Of a stretch of DNA of 64,000 bases, positions 23,981 through 35,381 are shown in pieces. The notes below the pieces were generated by a model. It searched no databases. It saw only the letters and a list, made by a program, of their open reading frames with translations, and was not told where the DNA came from. The stretch spans positions 248,001-312,000 of the forward strand of contig JAUGWO010000023.1 in the NCBI GenBank assembly GCA_049724395.1, given 5' to 3'. Position 1 is the stretch's first letter. Each line of letters begins with the position of its first letter. A program made the position numbers and the translations under genes. The DNA comes from Spongospora subterranea f. sp. subterranea. Taxonomy: Eukaryota.

Positions 23981-26298
23981 TTGGGGAATCGTAAACCCGG
24001 TAACGATTTCTGTCTGAGGTCAACGATCCGGTATCGTATAAGGAGTATTGTTATAACTCTGGTCATGCAGATAGAGCGCAATGATGAAGGATCACTGTTT
24101 TTGAAAATAGCTTCTATTAACATCTTGATTGGATCATCCACCAAGGATGTGGATGTGTCCGCGCTCGACGTTGTCCTCATATCCAATGCAGAGGCAGCCC
24201 AGAATCTTCCGACTCTGCTCCAGTATAGTCGCTTTATGGGCCGTGCTTTTACTTCCGAACCTGTCGCACATACTGCCAGGTACTGCGTTTGTGCAAAGTA
24301 CGATGTCGAAGGTCGTTGGCTGATACTTGGAGGGCAGATTGATTCTTGAGGAATTGGCAACTTTATCTCCATCCTGTCCTTTTACTTGTCATGATGTGGA
24401 TGCATGCTTGTCGGAACTGCATTTGCTTTCTTACAAGCAAACGGTGGTTATAAACCCCATACTCCAGCTATATCCTGTACCGTCAGGTAGCTTATCTCAT
24501 TTCGATTGTCAGATGGACTGTGTATTGCCTCAGGATTTTCCGTCGGTTCATGTAACTGGATACTTCAGACACCGTACGAAGTAATCGGTGTTATCATGGA
24601 ATCATCCTTGAATGTTCGACGACATCCCATTCCACTCGTAACGTACACATGATGATGTTCTCAGAAGATTAATTTGGATTGTTGTTGCTAGGATTCCGTT
24701 GCTCTACATGCGTGTGATATTATTGTGGTTGGTCCATGCTTGCGCATTCACTCCAGTTCCGAGGCATCTTCTGCCCTTCCTATCGTTTGCGCCGCTGTTG
24801 AATCCACTCTCAAACAGGTTCTGCGACACAGTTGTTTCTACGTCCCTTGTCAATACTCTTATAGTCAGGCAATGTACTTATCCCAGTGTCGCCCTGCTTC
24901 TTTTTTTGTGATCTTCTTGAATATTTGCATTCTTACCTTACCAGTAAATCTCTTGGACACGTCAATATGTATTTTATATCTCCAGTTGGTAAAGCGTTGG
25001 CCTCCTATTTGGTACGCTCAATTCGGCTGCCACTATCTGGGGTTTCTCATGATCCGTATGTATCAGAGCGTTTCCGGTGAGTGGATTAATGCTTCTAAAC
25101 GATCTCCACTGTTTGAAGGCAAAGCACCTCTTGGTCTGGAAGATCTCATAAACAAGCAGCGATTACATGTACAGACATATAATTACACTTTGCTCTTACT
25201 GATATCGATGCAAAGATTTTTTCTGATGCTACTGACAAATCCAACTTTCCCAGTACTTTTCAGCAGTCAGCTATCGTATTCTCAGGTATTATCCTATCAT
25301 TATTACATTCTTCCAATGCAAATGAGTTTACGTTTAGGTTTAAAGTCGCTAGATGCAGGAGACATAACATTGTTTGTCAAAATGTTTGGCAACGACAACC
25401 GGTGTAGTCTGATTAATACTGACCCCTCGTCTGTATTTTTACCGATGCCAGGTTCCGTCTCAACGATGAAGGTACTCTTTAGCTGTTGCGTCTGTTTCTC
25501 GCCATTGAGGCTGGTCTCAAAGGTTATTCAATGTCCGGTTGATGTTCGACTCTCTGTCGATGATCTGTGTAAACTTGTACATCAGTCAATGAGGTGTAAA
25601 CACCTTGTGTGTCCTTCAGAATATTCTATTTCATCTCAGGCAACGTCAATTGCGATTTCAACATTTGATATGATTCAGGTGAGTTTTATCTGTATGCTTT
25701 ACAGAGATTTTTTGTTCACTTGTGCGAAAGCCTGTAACAATTAGCCTTAAACTCGATTATCAACCAGCCTTTTTAGAAGGAGAATATGCTCAAACACTGA
25801 AGTTTGTAAACGTAAGTAGGGTTTTTCGGTTGTGCTACTTGATGATATCATATTGCAGAGCCGAGCGCCAGTTAGTGGTATGCTGTCGTGGCATGAAGGT
25901 CGGGCCAAGCTGACCGCTGATTCTCGAGTTGCTGATGGCGGTTATCGAAATCTATGCGGTACATGATTTTTTTCTGCATAGCTGTTTTTCAATAACACTT
26001 CTAAGGTCCACTGACAATCTCAAGTTTGATAACAGCCTTGCATCGGCAAGGGTTTGAAGACGCAGTTGTGGTTTCTATGGACCCCTCAGATCTCAGCGTT
26101 GAAGAAGCCCTTTCCGTTGATATTCAGATTCCGTCGCTGCAAACCCATGTAATGCCTCTCCAAATTCTGGTTCTCTGTTTTGTGATTCAATCGTTTCAGA
26201 TTCAGTTTTTTACCAACAAAACTATAATCCACTGTCAAGATAATTTGGGACGTTTAGCGATAGCTGAAATTGTTCGAGGCTGTCTAAGCTCAATATAA
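23981..26298 (+). CDS. INTS9: Integrator subunit 9-like (inactive MBL/beta-CASP), multi-exon
   Basis: DVSALDVVLISN...LPTLLQYSRFMGRAFTSEP, LYPVPSG, SSLNVRRHPIP, VIQCPVDVRL. Confidence 0.7.
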
Positions 26299-26373
26299 TT
26301 CATATCTACAGTAACAAACGTTGGCATGTGTTTATTTTCAACAAAGGTGAACCTGCCGCACACCCTTTTGCCA

Positions 26374-27093
26374 TCATTGAAACACAATGGCGATTGCTGC
26401 CAAGACCAACGCAACGTAAGAGCTTACAGTACTGGCTGACGATTTTGTTGGAGCTGTCGTGGCGACGGTGGTTGCCTTCTTCGTCGTCTTCTTAGAGGTT
26501 GTTTGTTTCGCAGTCCCTGTCGGTGGAAGAGTTTGAGCTTCAAAAAGGTTGGTCTTAACCGCCCCGAATTGCCCATCTGGGTGAATGTTGTAGTCGATCT
26601 TTCCTCCATCTATGAATGTCGGTACATCGGATCCGTATGCCCAGGCGACGTATATGTCTTTTTTTTCAATAACAACATCTCGCGTCCCATCCTTGGTGTC
26701 TAAGGCTCGGCGGAATTTGTACCAAATTCCGTTGTCAATGAGTCCTCCGTCTAATAAGTTCAGGTTGTCGACGCCGCCGAGTGTTGTATCAAGTTCCGGT
26801 TGGCGGTGATTATTCGAGAACTGATCATAGAGAAATAATGTGTTATTTGTCAAAAACCCAACCATTACGTCACTGTTCTTGTGTCCCGATGGGCCATCAT
26901 AGGATAGCCCCAATCCAACCCATCCTGTTGTCTTTGCCCAGACCGTGAAGTCGATTGTGGCGTTTGCCGTATTCACTTCCCACATTACGTGCCATTCCTT
27001 GTTCGGGCTGGCCAACGTTCCATTGATTGCCTGTCCATAGTTTGCAGAGAGTGCCAAGACCAATATTATCGCTAAACACTGTGTTTTCATCAT
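26374..27093 (-). CDS. Secreted, probably GPI-anchored DOMON-domain protein
   Basis: Signal peptide; TTGWVGLGLS, SDVMVG, PELDT, FRRALDT, VAWAYG; Thr/Lys-rich stalk; hydrophobic C-terminus. Confidence 0.9.
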   Translation of the reverse strand: MMKTQCLAIILVLALSANYGQAINGTLASPNKEWHVMWEVNTANATIDFTVWAKTTGWVGLGLSYDGPSGHKNSDVMVGFLTNNTLFLYDQFSNNHRQPELDTTLGGVDNLNLLDGGLIDNGIWYKFRRALDTKDGTRDVVIEKKDIYVAWAYGSDVPTFIDGGKIDYNIHPDGQFGAVKTNLFEAQTLPPTGTAKQTTSKKTTKKATTVATTAPTKSSASTVSSYVALVLAAIAIVFQ

Positions 27094-27710
27094 TATCAAA
27101 CGTGTTCGAAATGACAATGGGGCTCTTAAGCTCGGTGCAGCAGTTGACCAGAAAGGCTACACGAATCTCGACTACATTTTGAGCAAGTTTCTTCTCTGGA
27201 ATTTACTGGATAAAACATTATGCACATCTGGAATGTTTATCGCGATAGTTTATCTAAAGATCCGGACAAAGTTTTGAACACATTTTTCCAGATACGGTGT
27301 CATGTTAGCGACGTCACCTATCAAAACTTAAATTGTTATGTCGAAGCCACAGCGAATAACAGATCTGAATTGATATAAATTGTCAACCCTTTATAGTGAG
27401 TCGGCTCAAACGAGCAAATGCTGGACTGAGTGGCTGGTCAACGTCACGCTCATTTCCGAGGTCCCATAATTGTAAGTCATTCCCGTCGCCGTATTTATAG
27501 GCATCCATGGCGTGGATAGTGATCAGTGTTATGGACCTTCTTGGCTCATATAAAACATGATGAAGGCGTGCTCATATTCAACCATGATGCCAACGCGGAC
27601 CTCCCTGGTGCTTGCACCAACCTTGTTAATGAACCGCATTCGCTCTCTCTGACTTCACTCAAATCTTTCAATCAAAACCAATGCTTGGCATGCTGATCGT
27701 TCCAACTGTT

Positions 27711-28871
27711 TTATTTACGGTGGTTTCTTATGGAATAGTATGTGTTTAAGACTGTGGAATACTCCAACCTCCATGCTCTTAGCCTTAAGGACGCGCCATG
27801 AGTGATGCAGTATATAATGCCTGACAACTTGTTTGGTTGCATCACCAGACACTGCAATGCAGTTTCACCTGAACAGGATTTGGCGTCGATGGTGGCGCCA
27901 GCTTCAAGCATAATATCGGTCAATTTCGTATGACCATTAAGGGTCATCATAAAAGCGTGATGTATCACATCCGGTTTACGCCTATTTATTGATCCATAAT
28001 CCGACAGAATATGAAACCATCTGTCATTACGTTCAGCGAAAGCGCCAGAATGAATACATACCAGTGGGATGCTGTCAATATCGAACCCAAATTCGACCAA
28101 GGACTGAATCTGTGATTCAAAGGACGGGGTCATTTTTGCAAAAATAAAAAAGTTGGTGGAATCAATATGAAGAGCGATATCGACGGCACTAATAACAGCG
28201 TCGGTGAAATCGTACTTGATAAGCACACGATGCACAGCATTCCGATGATAACTTGGGCGGTTGATAGGAAATTCCAGCAAGAACTCACGATGTTCAAATT
28301 GGCAATGCCGGCGCAGCCAGACGAGAACACTCCGGGCTCGATTTTGGGTCAGGAAGTGTTCCATGGGACGAAGCATCCGAATACAAACGCCGAAGATGAG
28401 ACCGACATGCCATTTCCATCGTAAGAAAATCGTCTCAAGAAACAGTTCCAAATCCAGTCTCAGGGCGAATATAATTATTCTTCGGAACCAGGGCAATATA
28501 CGAAATGGACGAGAGACGGTTTGCCATGGACCTGAGACGAACTGTGGGTTGCATTTTAGGGCGCGGCAGGAAAAGGTGAACCTCGACGCATGGCGCAGAA
28601 ACATGTGAGCAGAGAACTGAAAAAAGTGTACTTGCGAACAATAAAGGCGAACAAGAGGATAAGTCTCCTGGGAAATTTGCACCTCCATGACCTCAATAGT
28701 CTCGAAATCTAAATAAGCCATAATAGAGAAAATTGTGCACTGGTGAGTGAACAATGAGAGCAGGCCCGGATGGAGTCCAGGCGAATACATGCATAATCCC
28801 CAGAAAGGGAAATGAAGAACCCATTGCCGGAACCGGAGAAGATTCCTCCGACGGCATGTTCCGATCACCAC
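27711..28871 (-). CDS. Hypothetical protein with C-terminal ankyrin repeats
   Basis: LNGHTKLTDIMLEAGATIDAKSCSGETALQ; 386-aa ORF with uncertain start. Confidence 0.6.
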   Translation of the reverse strand: MVIGTCRRRNLLRFRQWVLHFPFWGLCMYSPGLHPGLLSLFTHQCTIFSIMAYLDFETIEVMEVQISQETYPLVRLYCSQVHFFQFSAHMFLRHASRFTFSCRALKCNPQFVSGPWQTVSRPFRILPWFRRIIIFALRLDLELFLETIFLRWKWHVGLIFGVCIRMLRPMEHFLTQNRARSVLVWLRRHCQFEHREFLLEFPINRPSYHRNAVHRVLIKYDFTDAVISAVDIALHIDSTNFFIFAKMTPSFESQIQSLVEFGFDIDSIPLVCIHSGAFAERNDRWFHILSDYGSINRRKPDVIHHAFMMTLNGHTKLTDIMLEAGATIDAKSCSGETALQCLVMQPNKLSGIIYCITHGASLRLRAWRLEYSTVLNTYYSIRNHRK

Positions 28872-29192
28872 GACGCCATGGCCTTACCTTCGCAAATTGG
28901 CTTTGAAATTGCCACGCTCAAAAGTACTGGCCGTTCCACCCAATGAATTCCAACAACCAATCTTAATTCGATAATGAAGGTATTCTGAACCTCAGAATCT
29001 TAAATATGAGAATTGCAAGTCACGCCGGGTCCATAGATTGCCAACTTCGGGGACCATGCCACCATGCCACCACATACTGCTGGCAGAAACACCCGTCATG
29101 GCGCAAGTTGCTGAGCTGTCAGCGCCCAATACATGTTATCACCTAATTCGCTTGCCCTTCAACAGTATCCGGATCCGTTTAAACGTTTTATC

Positions 29193-30771
29193 CTAATAAC
29201 CATAATGAACTGGGTTCTGCCAACCGTGCGCTCCTCTCATTGAAATTTTGAAAACCCGCAAAAATGTCATTATATTTCTCTGATGTGAACAATCTCTGAC
29301 GCGCAACTCAGTACAATCAACTACGATCTGAACGGGCCGAAACCAACTTGCACCCGATGAGTACATGTAGAGGGACACCGCGTTCAATCTTCTGGCGGTA
29401 TTGGATTTACACAATGATTTAGTAGGGTGAAGGCGGTGGAATATCGCGAAAGGGACGAGCAAGGGAGTTTGCCGTTTGAACCAGCTGCGCAGCCGCTTGA
29501 TTCGACTGAGGATTACTGGCAATGATGACCAAGAACATCCTGACATCGACCTGGATAAATACATAAGATATACCTGATGAATTGTCTCTATGAACAACGG
29601 GACCCCCGAACAATCTGAGGGGACTGCTGTGATCCATTAACAAACTGACAATATTTGCCATATGCATTTGCAAGTTAAACCCGGCCTGCGTTTACAAATC
29701 AATAACGTTCCGGATGCGCTCGGTAAATCGTCAGACCGTGCAACTGAACGAATAGACGCAAGGCCAGAAACCCAGCCCGCTGACGGTGCTGGCATCTTCT
29801 GGGAACTGATATCCTGATATCATTGTAGGAGGTGAAGATAGCTCAGATCCATTGTATATCAAACAGGCGCATGCGGCTCCTGCTTTAGTGATGCCGCTCC
29901 CAATCCTTTAACATAGCAAATCTCTGAAATTTCGATTGAACCTGGGGTTTGTCATCATACTGGGAAATCAAATTGATGTCACACTTCTTCAGCAAATTAG
30001 CAAGTGGTGGTGGACTACGATATGACCGCTTGAGTATATCGTGAAAGTAAACGTTGACACGAGCGAACAGCGTGGAGAAAAAAGTTTGAAACCATGTGAC
30101 TGAGGAAAACCCACGAAGCGAGGGATGCTTCTTGGCTCGGGTCAACTCCGTCTTTGCCTCATATAGGCTGACAATGCAGTTCACAAACTGCATCGATTGA
30201 ATGGCAACCTGTACCTAAAAACAACAATGAGTAAAGCTACATTATGTCAACGTGAAACACACCTCTATCAAATTGACGAGAAGAGTCATTTCCAAATGGG
30301 TTTGTTCTAGGAGTTTTTCGCAGTCTAAGATAGGAGCTGGCAAATTCTCGATAGACAATGCCAGCACGGCCAGAATACTGTCAAGTTCGGGACGAGAAGC
30401 AGCGCTATTGGCCAATAGACGATACACGCCGACCATGATCAAACGGGATTCCAGGAGTCTTTGTTGAAATTCTAGGGCCAAGGCTGCATCGCCAACGCAA
30501 ACCAGCATGCCTAAATAATCCATGAAATTTTAGGATTTTATTGCGATTATTGAAAATGAAAGCAACTTAGTTGTGTCCTAATATCGTCGATTACGGATTC
30601 GAATGGGCGAACAGTCCGTCCGCGATCTGGAGACATGAATGCCATTCTGCGATATGTGTACTCGCAATCACGCAGGTCTTTTGCTATTTCCGGTGATAGT
30701 GCCGCTGTCGAGATAACCGGGCGTAAGTCTGATGCCACAATCGCATGCAACCCTGTCATGGCGATACACAA
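29193..30771 (-). CDS. KICS2: KICSTOR subunit 2 (C12orf66/DUF2003)-like, multi-exon, limits approximate
   Basis: CEYTYRRMAFM, WFQTFFSTLFARVNVYFHDIL and VVHRDNSSGISYVFIQVDVRMFLVII resemble KICS2 blocks (recognised from memory). Confidence 0.55.
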
Positions 30772-31099
30772 CTACCAGACCGTCATCGTGATCAGCACAT
30801 GTCGGCAATGACGACAGTGGGAGGTGACGGTGGGCGGCCTATCCTCTACCGCGGACTCTCGCACAATAGGGTACACTAAGTGCATCCCCACCCCAGACCC
30901 CACGGATTAAGTCCGGAGGCTAACGCTAGATCCAGTCGGGCCCGGCCTGACTACCTGGCGGGCTTTTTCCCTCGCTCAGATGGCTGTACGGGAAAGGGTT
31001 TTGATTCTAATCGCATATTGTTCTTCACTTTGACTCCTCTATAGCGTTTCATCAGTAATCGCTGTTTCTTCACCGGTTGTCGGATGTATCAGACAGCGC

Positions 31100-31405
31100 C
31101 CCTGTTAATACGATGTATTCTATTAGCTTTGGTGTCATAATCGTTTATTAATACTTGTAATTAGTGGTTGTTCATCGCAAATTCGCCGTCCGGTGATTGA
31201 AGATAATGACGGCTCTGTTATGGCGAGTATACCAGTTGCGTTTGGTGTCATGATGGTTTATCAATACTTGTAATCAGTGGTTGTAATCGCAAATTCGCGC
31301 GTCCGGTGATGTTTATCCAGGCAATAATGCCTCTGTTGATGCGAGGTATACCAATAGCTTTTGGCGTCATAATCGTTTATCAATACTTGTAATCAGTAAT
31401 TGTTA
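31100..31405. repeat. Degenerate tandem repeat, unit about 115 bp, about 2.7 copies
   Basis: Core tttggYgtcatRatSgtttatYaatacttgtaatYagt at about 31128, 31241 and 31360. Confidence 0.9.
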
Positions 31406-32087
31406 CGTCCCAGACGTCTTTTTCCAAAGCGTCAAAATCGAACTCACAGCGAGTGCATTGAAATATCAAAGTACACAAGTCATTTTATTTTTAAACGATG
31501 GATGAACAAAATTATAAATACATGATGTTAAAATAAGTGTTTCATTCATCTATTTTGCGTGCGTTGAAAGAATATCGTTTACATAATACATGTTCGAGCA
31601 AGTTTAATACAAATGCTGATATCCTCCATTTGAACATGAAATGAAATAGAGTAGTTTGCGATGGAGTCTTTCCGAAGCACTCACAGTGCTTTTGATGTTG
31701 ACGCTTTCGAAAAGACATCTCGGCATATCATAGTTAACCAGTTTCCAAGAGATCCGATACCAGTATACTGAAGGTCTATGGAGCGCACGGTGCACGGTCC
31801 ACTGGCGCACTTATATTTGGGTACGCGTGGACAAAAGAACCTTCCGCCCGCACTGTGCAATATAGTTTATACTGTAGTTTCGCAATACCCTACTGGAAGC
31901 TGCGGTCAATTGTGAAACTAGGGTTTTCCCACTCGACATACCAATGGTTTAAAGGATTTTATATTATTTCATAACGATTCGACTGACTCAGTATCGCCAT
32001 ATAATACATTTGGCGCGACGGTCAAGACAAATACTGACACGGAGGGATACGCCCCCTTACTGCTGAAAATTATTCGCTTTTTTCCAA

Positions 32088-33360
32088 AACGCGATGGTCG
32101 TAGGTCGCAAGCGGAAGAGAGCTCAAACGGTACGAGTTGAATTCGATTTCAGTGAGGTCATCCGCGCTCGACATGCGATAATATTGCTGACCGACCCTAG
32201 GATGACGAAATGACGCGCAATGTCAACGGCAGCGAAGCGTCGCCAGCGGACGAAGACGAATTCCCGTCGAACCCAACCATATGGTCGGAAGGCGAGCTCC
32301 TTGCCAGGAGTCGTGGGTTTCGCCAGCAAAATTATTTGCCTAGCTTGTGGCCGGCTCTATGCCACCGAATCGGCGTGTAAACGCCATCTTAGCGACGCCA
32401 AAGACGAGGCACATTTTATCAAACCCGATTCGCGTACGCCCCGTGAACTCATCCGTTTGGGTTGGATGGTGTCGTGCGGCGATCTCGTGGAAAATGCACA
32501 CAGGGACGCGACGGGAATCGGGGCTGCCATAACGGCGACAATGTCGTATATGTATACGGTGTTTGAACAAACAACCCGCACCGATTTGTTCGATTCAAGA
32601 TTCCATGCGGCGGTGGAGTTACTTTCTACGCATCAAGACGTTGTGCTGGACGCCCTTGACCCAGAAAATGTTTGTCAAGAAGAACGATGGAAGTCTCCGT
32701 TTATGAGTGGATCGTGCCGACGCCTGCCCGCGCATGCACAGAAGCAAACCTTTGATGATAAAACCCAGATATTGAGTCGGCGGCGCGGTTTCTGGATCCA
32801 GGGTGTCGAGCACAATGTCTTGAGTCGTTGACAGTAACTCGACCGCCGCTTGAAAACGGGAATCTGCCAGGTCGGTGCGAGTTGTCTGTTGGAAAACTGT
32901 AAACATGTACGACATTGTCGCCGTGATCGCTGCTCCGATTCCAGAGGCATCCCTGTATGCGTTTTCCACCAGGTCGCCGCACGACACCATCCAACCGAGA
33001 CGGATAAGTTCACGGGGCGTGCAGGAATCGGGCTGTATAAAATGTGCCTCGTCTTTGGCGTCTATGAGATGGCGTTTACACGCGGAATCGGTGGCATACA
33101 GCCGGCCACACGCCAAGCATATAATTTTGCTGGGGGAAACCCCACGACTCTTGGCGAGGAGTTCGCCTTCCGACCATATGGTTGGGTTCGACGGGAATTC
33201 GTCTTCGACGCTTCGCTGCCGTTGACAGAGCGCGTCCTTTCGTCATCCTAGGGTCGGTCAGCAATATTCTCGCATGTCGAGCGTGGATTACCTCACTGAA
33301 ATCGGATTCAACTCGTACCGTTTGAGCTCTCTTCCGCTTGCGACCTGCGACCATCGCGTT
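32088..33360. repeat. Inverted duplication IR5: arms 32088-32667 and 32789-33360, 121-bp loop; both arms are disabled copies of a C2H2-zinc-finger ORF
   Basis: ORFs 32220-32831(+) and 32619-33116(-) are homologous (CLACGRLYATxSACKRHLxDAKDEAH); sampled identity about 95% at the outer end and about 84% inside. Confidence 0.97.
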
Positions 33361-33656
33361 GGGCAGGGCGGATATATCCCTGGTGCTTTCCAGCATTCGG
33401 GTTGAACATTTGTTCAACAGACAACCTCCAAGTCGGACGGATATATAAATCCAACTCCTGTGGGTATCGGTAGTATATCCATCTCAAACTCTCCTGGAGA
33501 GCATCTACCAGTTTTTGCAATCGAATACAATCATTTTGACACTGATGATAGTGACATTCAACAAATGTTGAACATGGGAAAAGCAACTGCTCAACTACCT
33601 GTAAACTAAAACCAACTAGTGCCCTGTCGGCCATTCGGCTAGCCGTGGTCAGACAC

Positions 33657-34009
33657 CATGTTGTAACGTATGCATTTACATCTTGATCATGTTGCCCTGC
33701 ACCGGGAGCAGGAAATGTTACACCCGGCACTGAGAGCGGGATGATAGTCAATGCAGACACGATGCTGTAACGTATGCATTTACCTCTCAGTCATGATGTT
33801 ACCCTGCACCGGGAGCATGACATGTTACAAACCCGGCACTGGGAGCGGGGTTCATTGTTATATTCGATCATTGTTAAAATCGATGGCGCAAACGCGCTCA
33901 TGTGGTGTTCCTGTTGTCGCCCCCCCCCCCGCCTCATGTCCTTCCGGGAGCAGGTCAGGTTACACACCCGGCACCGGGAGCAGGTCAGGTTACACAACCG
34001 GCACCCGGG
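33657..34009. repeat. Nested direct repeats: about 85-90-bp unit x2 and 30-bp unit x2 with a shared core (ccgggagca...gttaca...ccggcac)
   Basis: Copies at about 33657, 33761, 33944 and 33974. Confidence 0.9.
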
Positions 34010-35262
34010 AAGCGTGTTTTGAGAGTCAACTCGAATGAAATGAGCTTTCACTCTGTAGACGGATAATGTTCAACAAATGTTGAACATTAACAATGGCGAC
34101 CTGTATTTATTGGCTTGGCCTGAAACTCTGCACAAGGTCGGGGAGAATGTCTATGTGACCTTGCAACTGTTTTCTGATTCATAGCGACAGTCGTCGAAGA
34201 GCTGGCCCTGTAGGATCCTGAATAGACGAGCTGAATACGCGCTGAGTGGGGTCCAACAAAGTGCGCTGATTTGACAACACACAAGTTCCACACCTCATCA
34301 TCCTCAGTATAACGGTCCGAGCAGTCTCTGTTTGTCATTCCAAGGATATGGGGGCGAATACACGCGCAGGCAGTAAAAACTGTTTTTATTGCTGATCATT
34401 CTCTGACAAATCAAATCCAACCGTGTTTGCGTACAGTACACCTTGACCAGCATCGATAACGGATCTCTGACTAATTCGGATTTCAGGCTATGCTGTGCTA
34501 GAATAACATTCTGCTCAGCCGCTAAAGCCATTCGAAGTTGCACGAACTCCCGATTGGTCGCTTACGTGTTCCAGTCTTGATATCCGCTGGGCTCATAGCC
34601 GGTCAAAAGCGCGGAATTTGGCGAGCAAATGGTCGACAATTTCATTGCCCATGGGACACATTTTTTCAATACCCAGATCTGTTACAACCGGTGCGCATAT
34701 TCGCAAAGTTAACTCCCGCTGAAGTGCTTAATGCAATCTATGATAAGATGCTGCTCTTCATTCCATACCCAGGCTTGGCTTTATCACTTGGATGGTTTTT
34801 TCATTATCTTCCTTCCTTGGGTTGAAAGTTCTTAGAGTGGTTGGTGTTGACAAAGTTATTGAATCGTGTCCCTTGGGCTTTGTTCCTGGATTTTTTTTTA
34901 TCCGCGATCGCGCTTGGTTGCCGTAATCTGACTCACCGCAGAGGTCCCATAACTGTGGATATTGCGCAGTTGTCAATAATAGCTGAGTCCGTACAAGGTC
35001 CGACAAACCCAGCGTGTTCCAGATATGGACGGGGATCAAACTCCACATTGCGTAGTTTGGGTCAAAACTGGGTGAAATCTATTTCAAATTAACATGAATT
35101 TACTGTATATCAATACTGGACAAAAAGCGACGAAAGAATGAGAAATCATTGGGGAATGGATAGGGGGGTTTAAGACCATAACAGATTGTCGCAGAGTGCA
35201 ATTTAGAATTTCATGGTTTTACACACCTCTACATGTTCCCCCAGCACGTCTTTGGGCTTTGG

Positions 35263-35381
35263 TACAAGGCCCGTGGAGCATTTCAATCTGCCGATTGACG
35301 TTGGCAATGGTGGGGTGCAGGCGCTTCCGTGAAGGTGCCGGGCACCCCACCATTGCCAACGTCAATCGGACGGGCCTTGTA
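35263..35381. ncRNA. Pre-miRNA-like hairpin (candidate)
   Basis: Perfect 28-bp stem 35291-35318/35342-35369 plus perfect 12-bp basal stem 35263-35274/35370-35381; the structure is certain, expression is not shown. Confidence 0.45.

Noticed and set aside
30990..31005. AAAACCCT on the minus strand as a telomerase RNA template
   Set aside because: It covers one permuted TTTTAGGG unit with no alignment extension and has no G-rich 5' leader; the organism's telomere repeat is not visible here.
5036..33360. Inverted duplications as pure amplification or assembly chimeras
   Set aside because: Arms differ mainly by substitutions (up to about 20%, synonymous-biased in IR5), are bounded by distinct flanks and avoid housekeeping genes. 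Read-level confirmation is still needed for IR1 and IR2.
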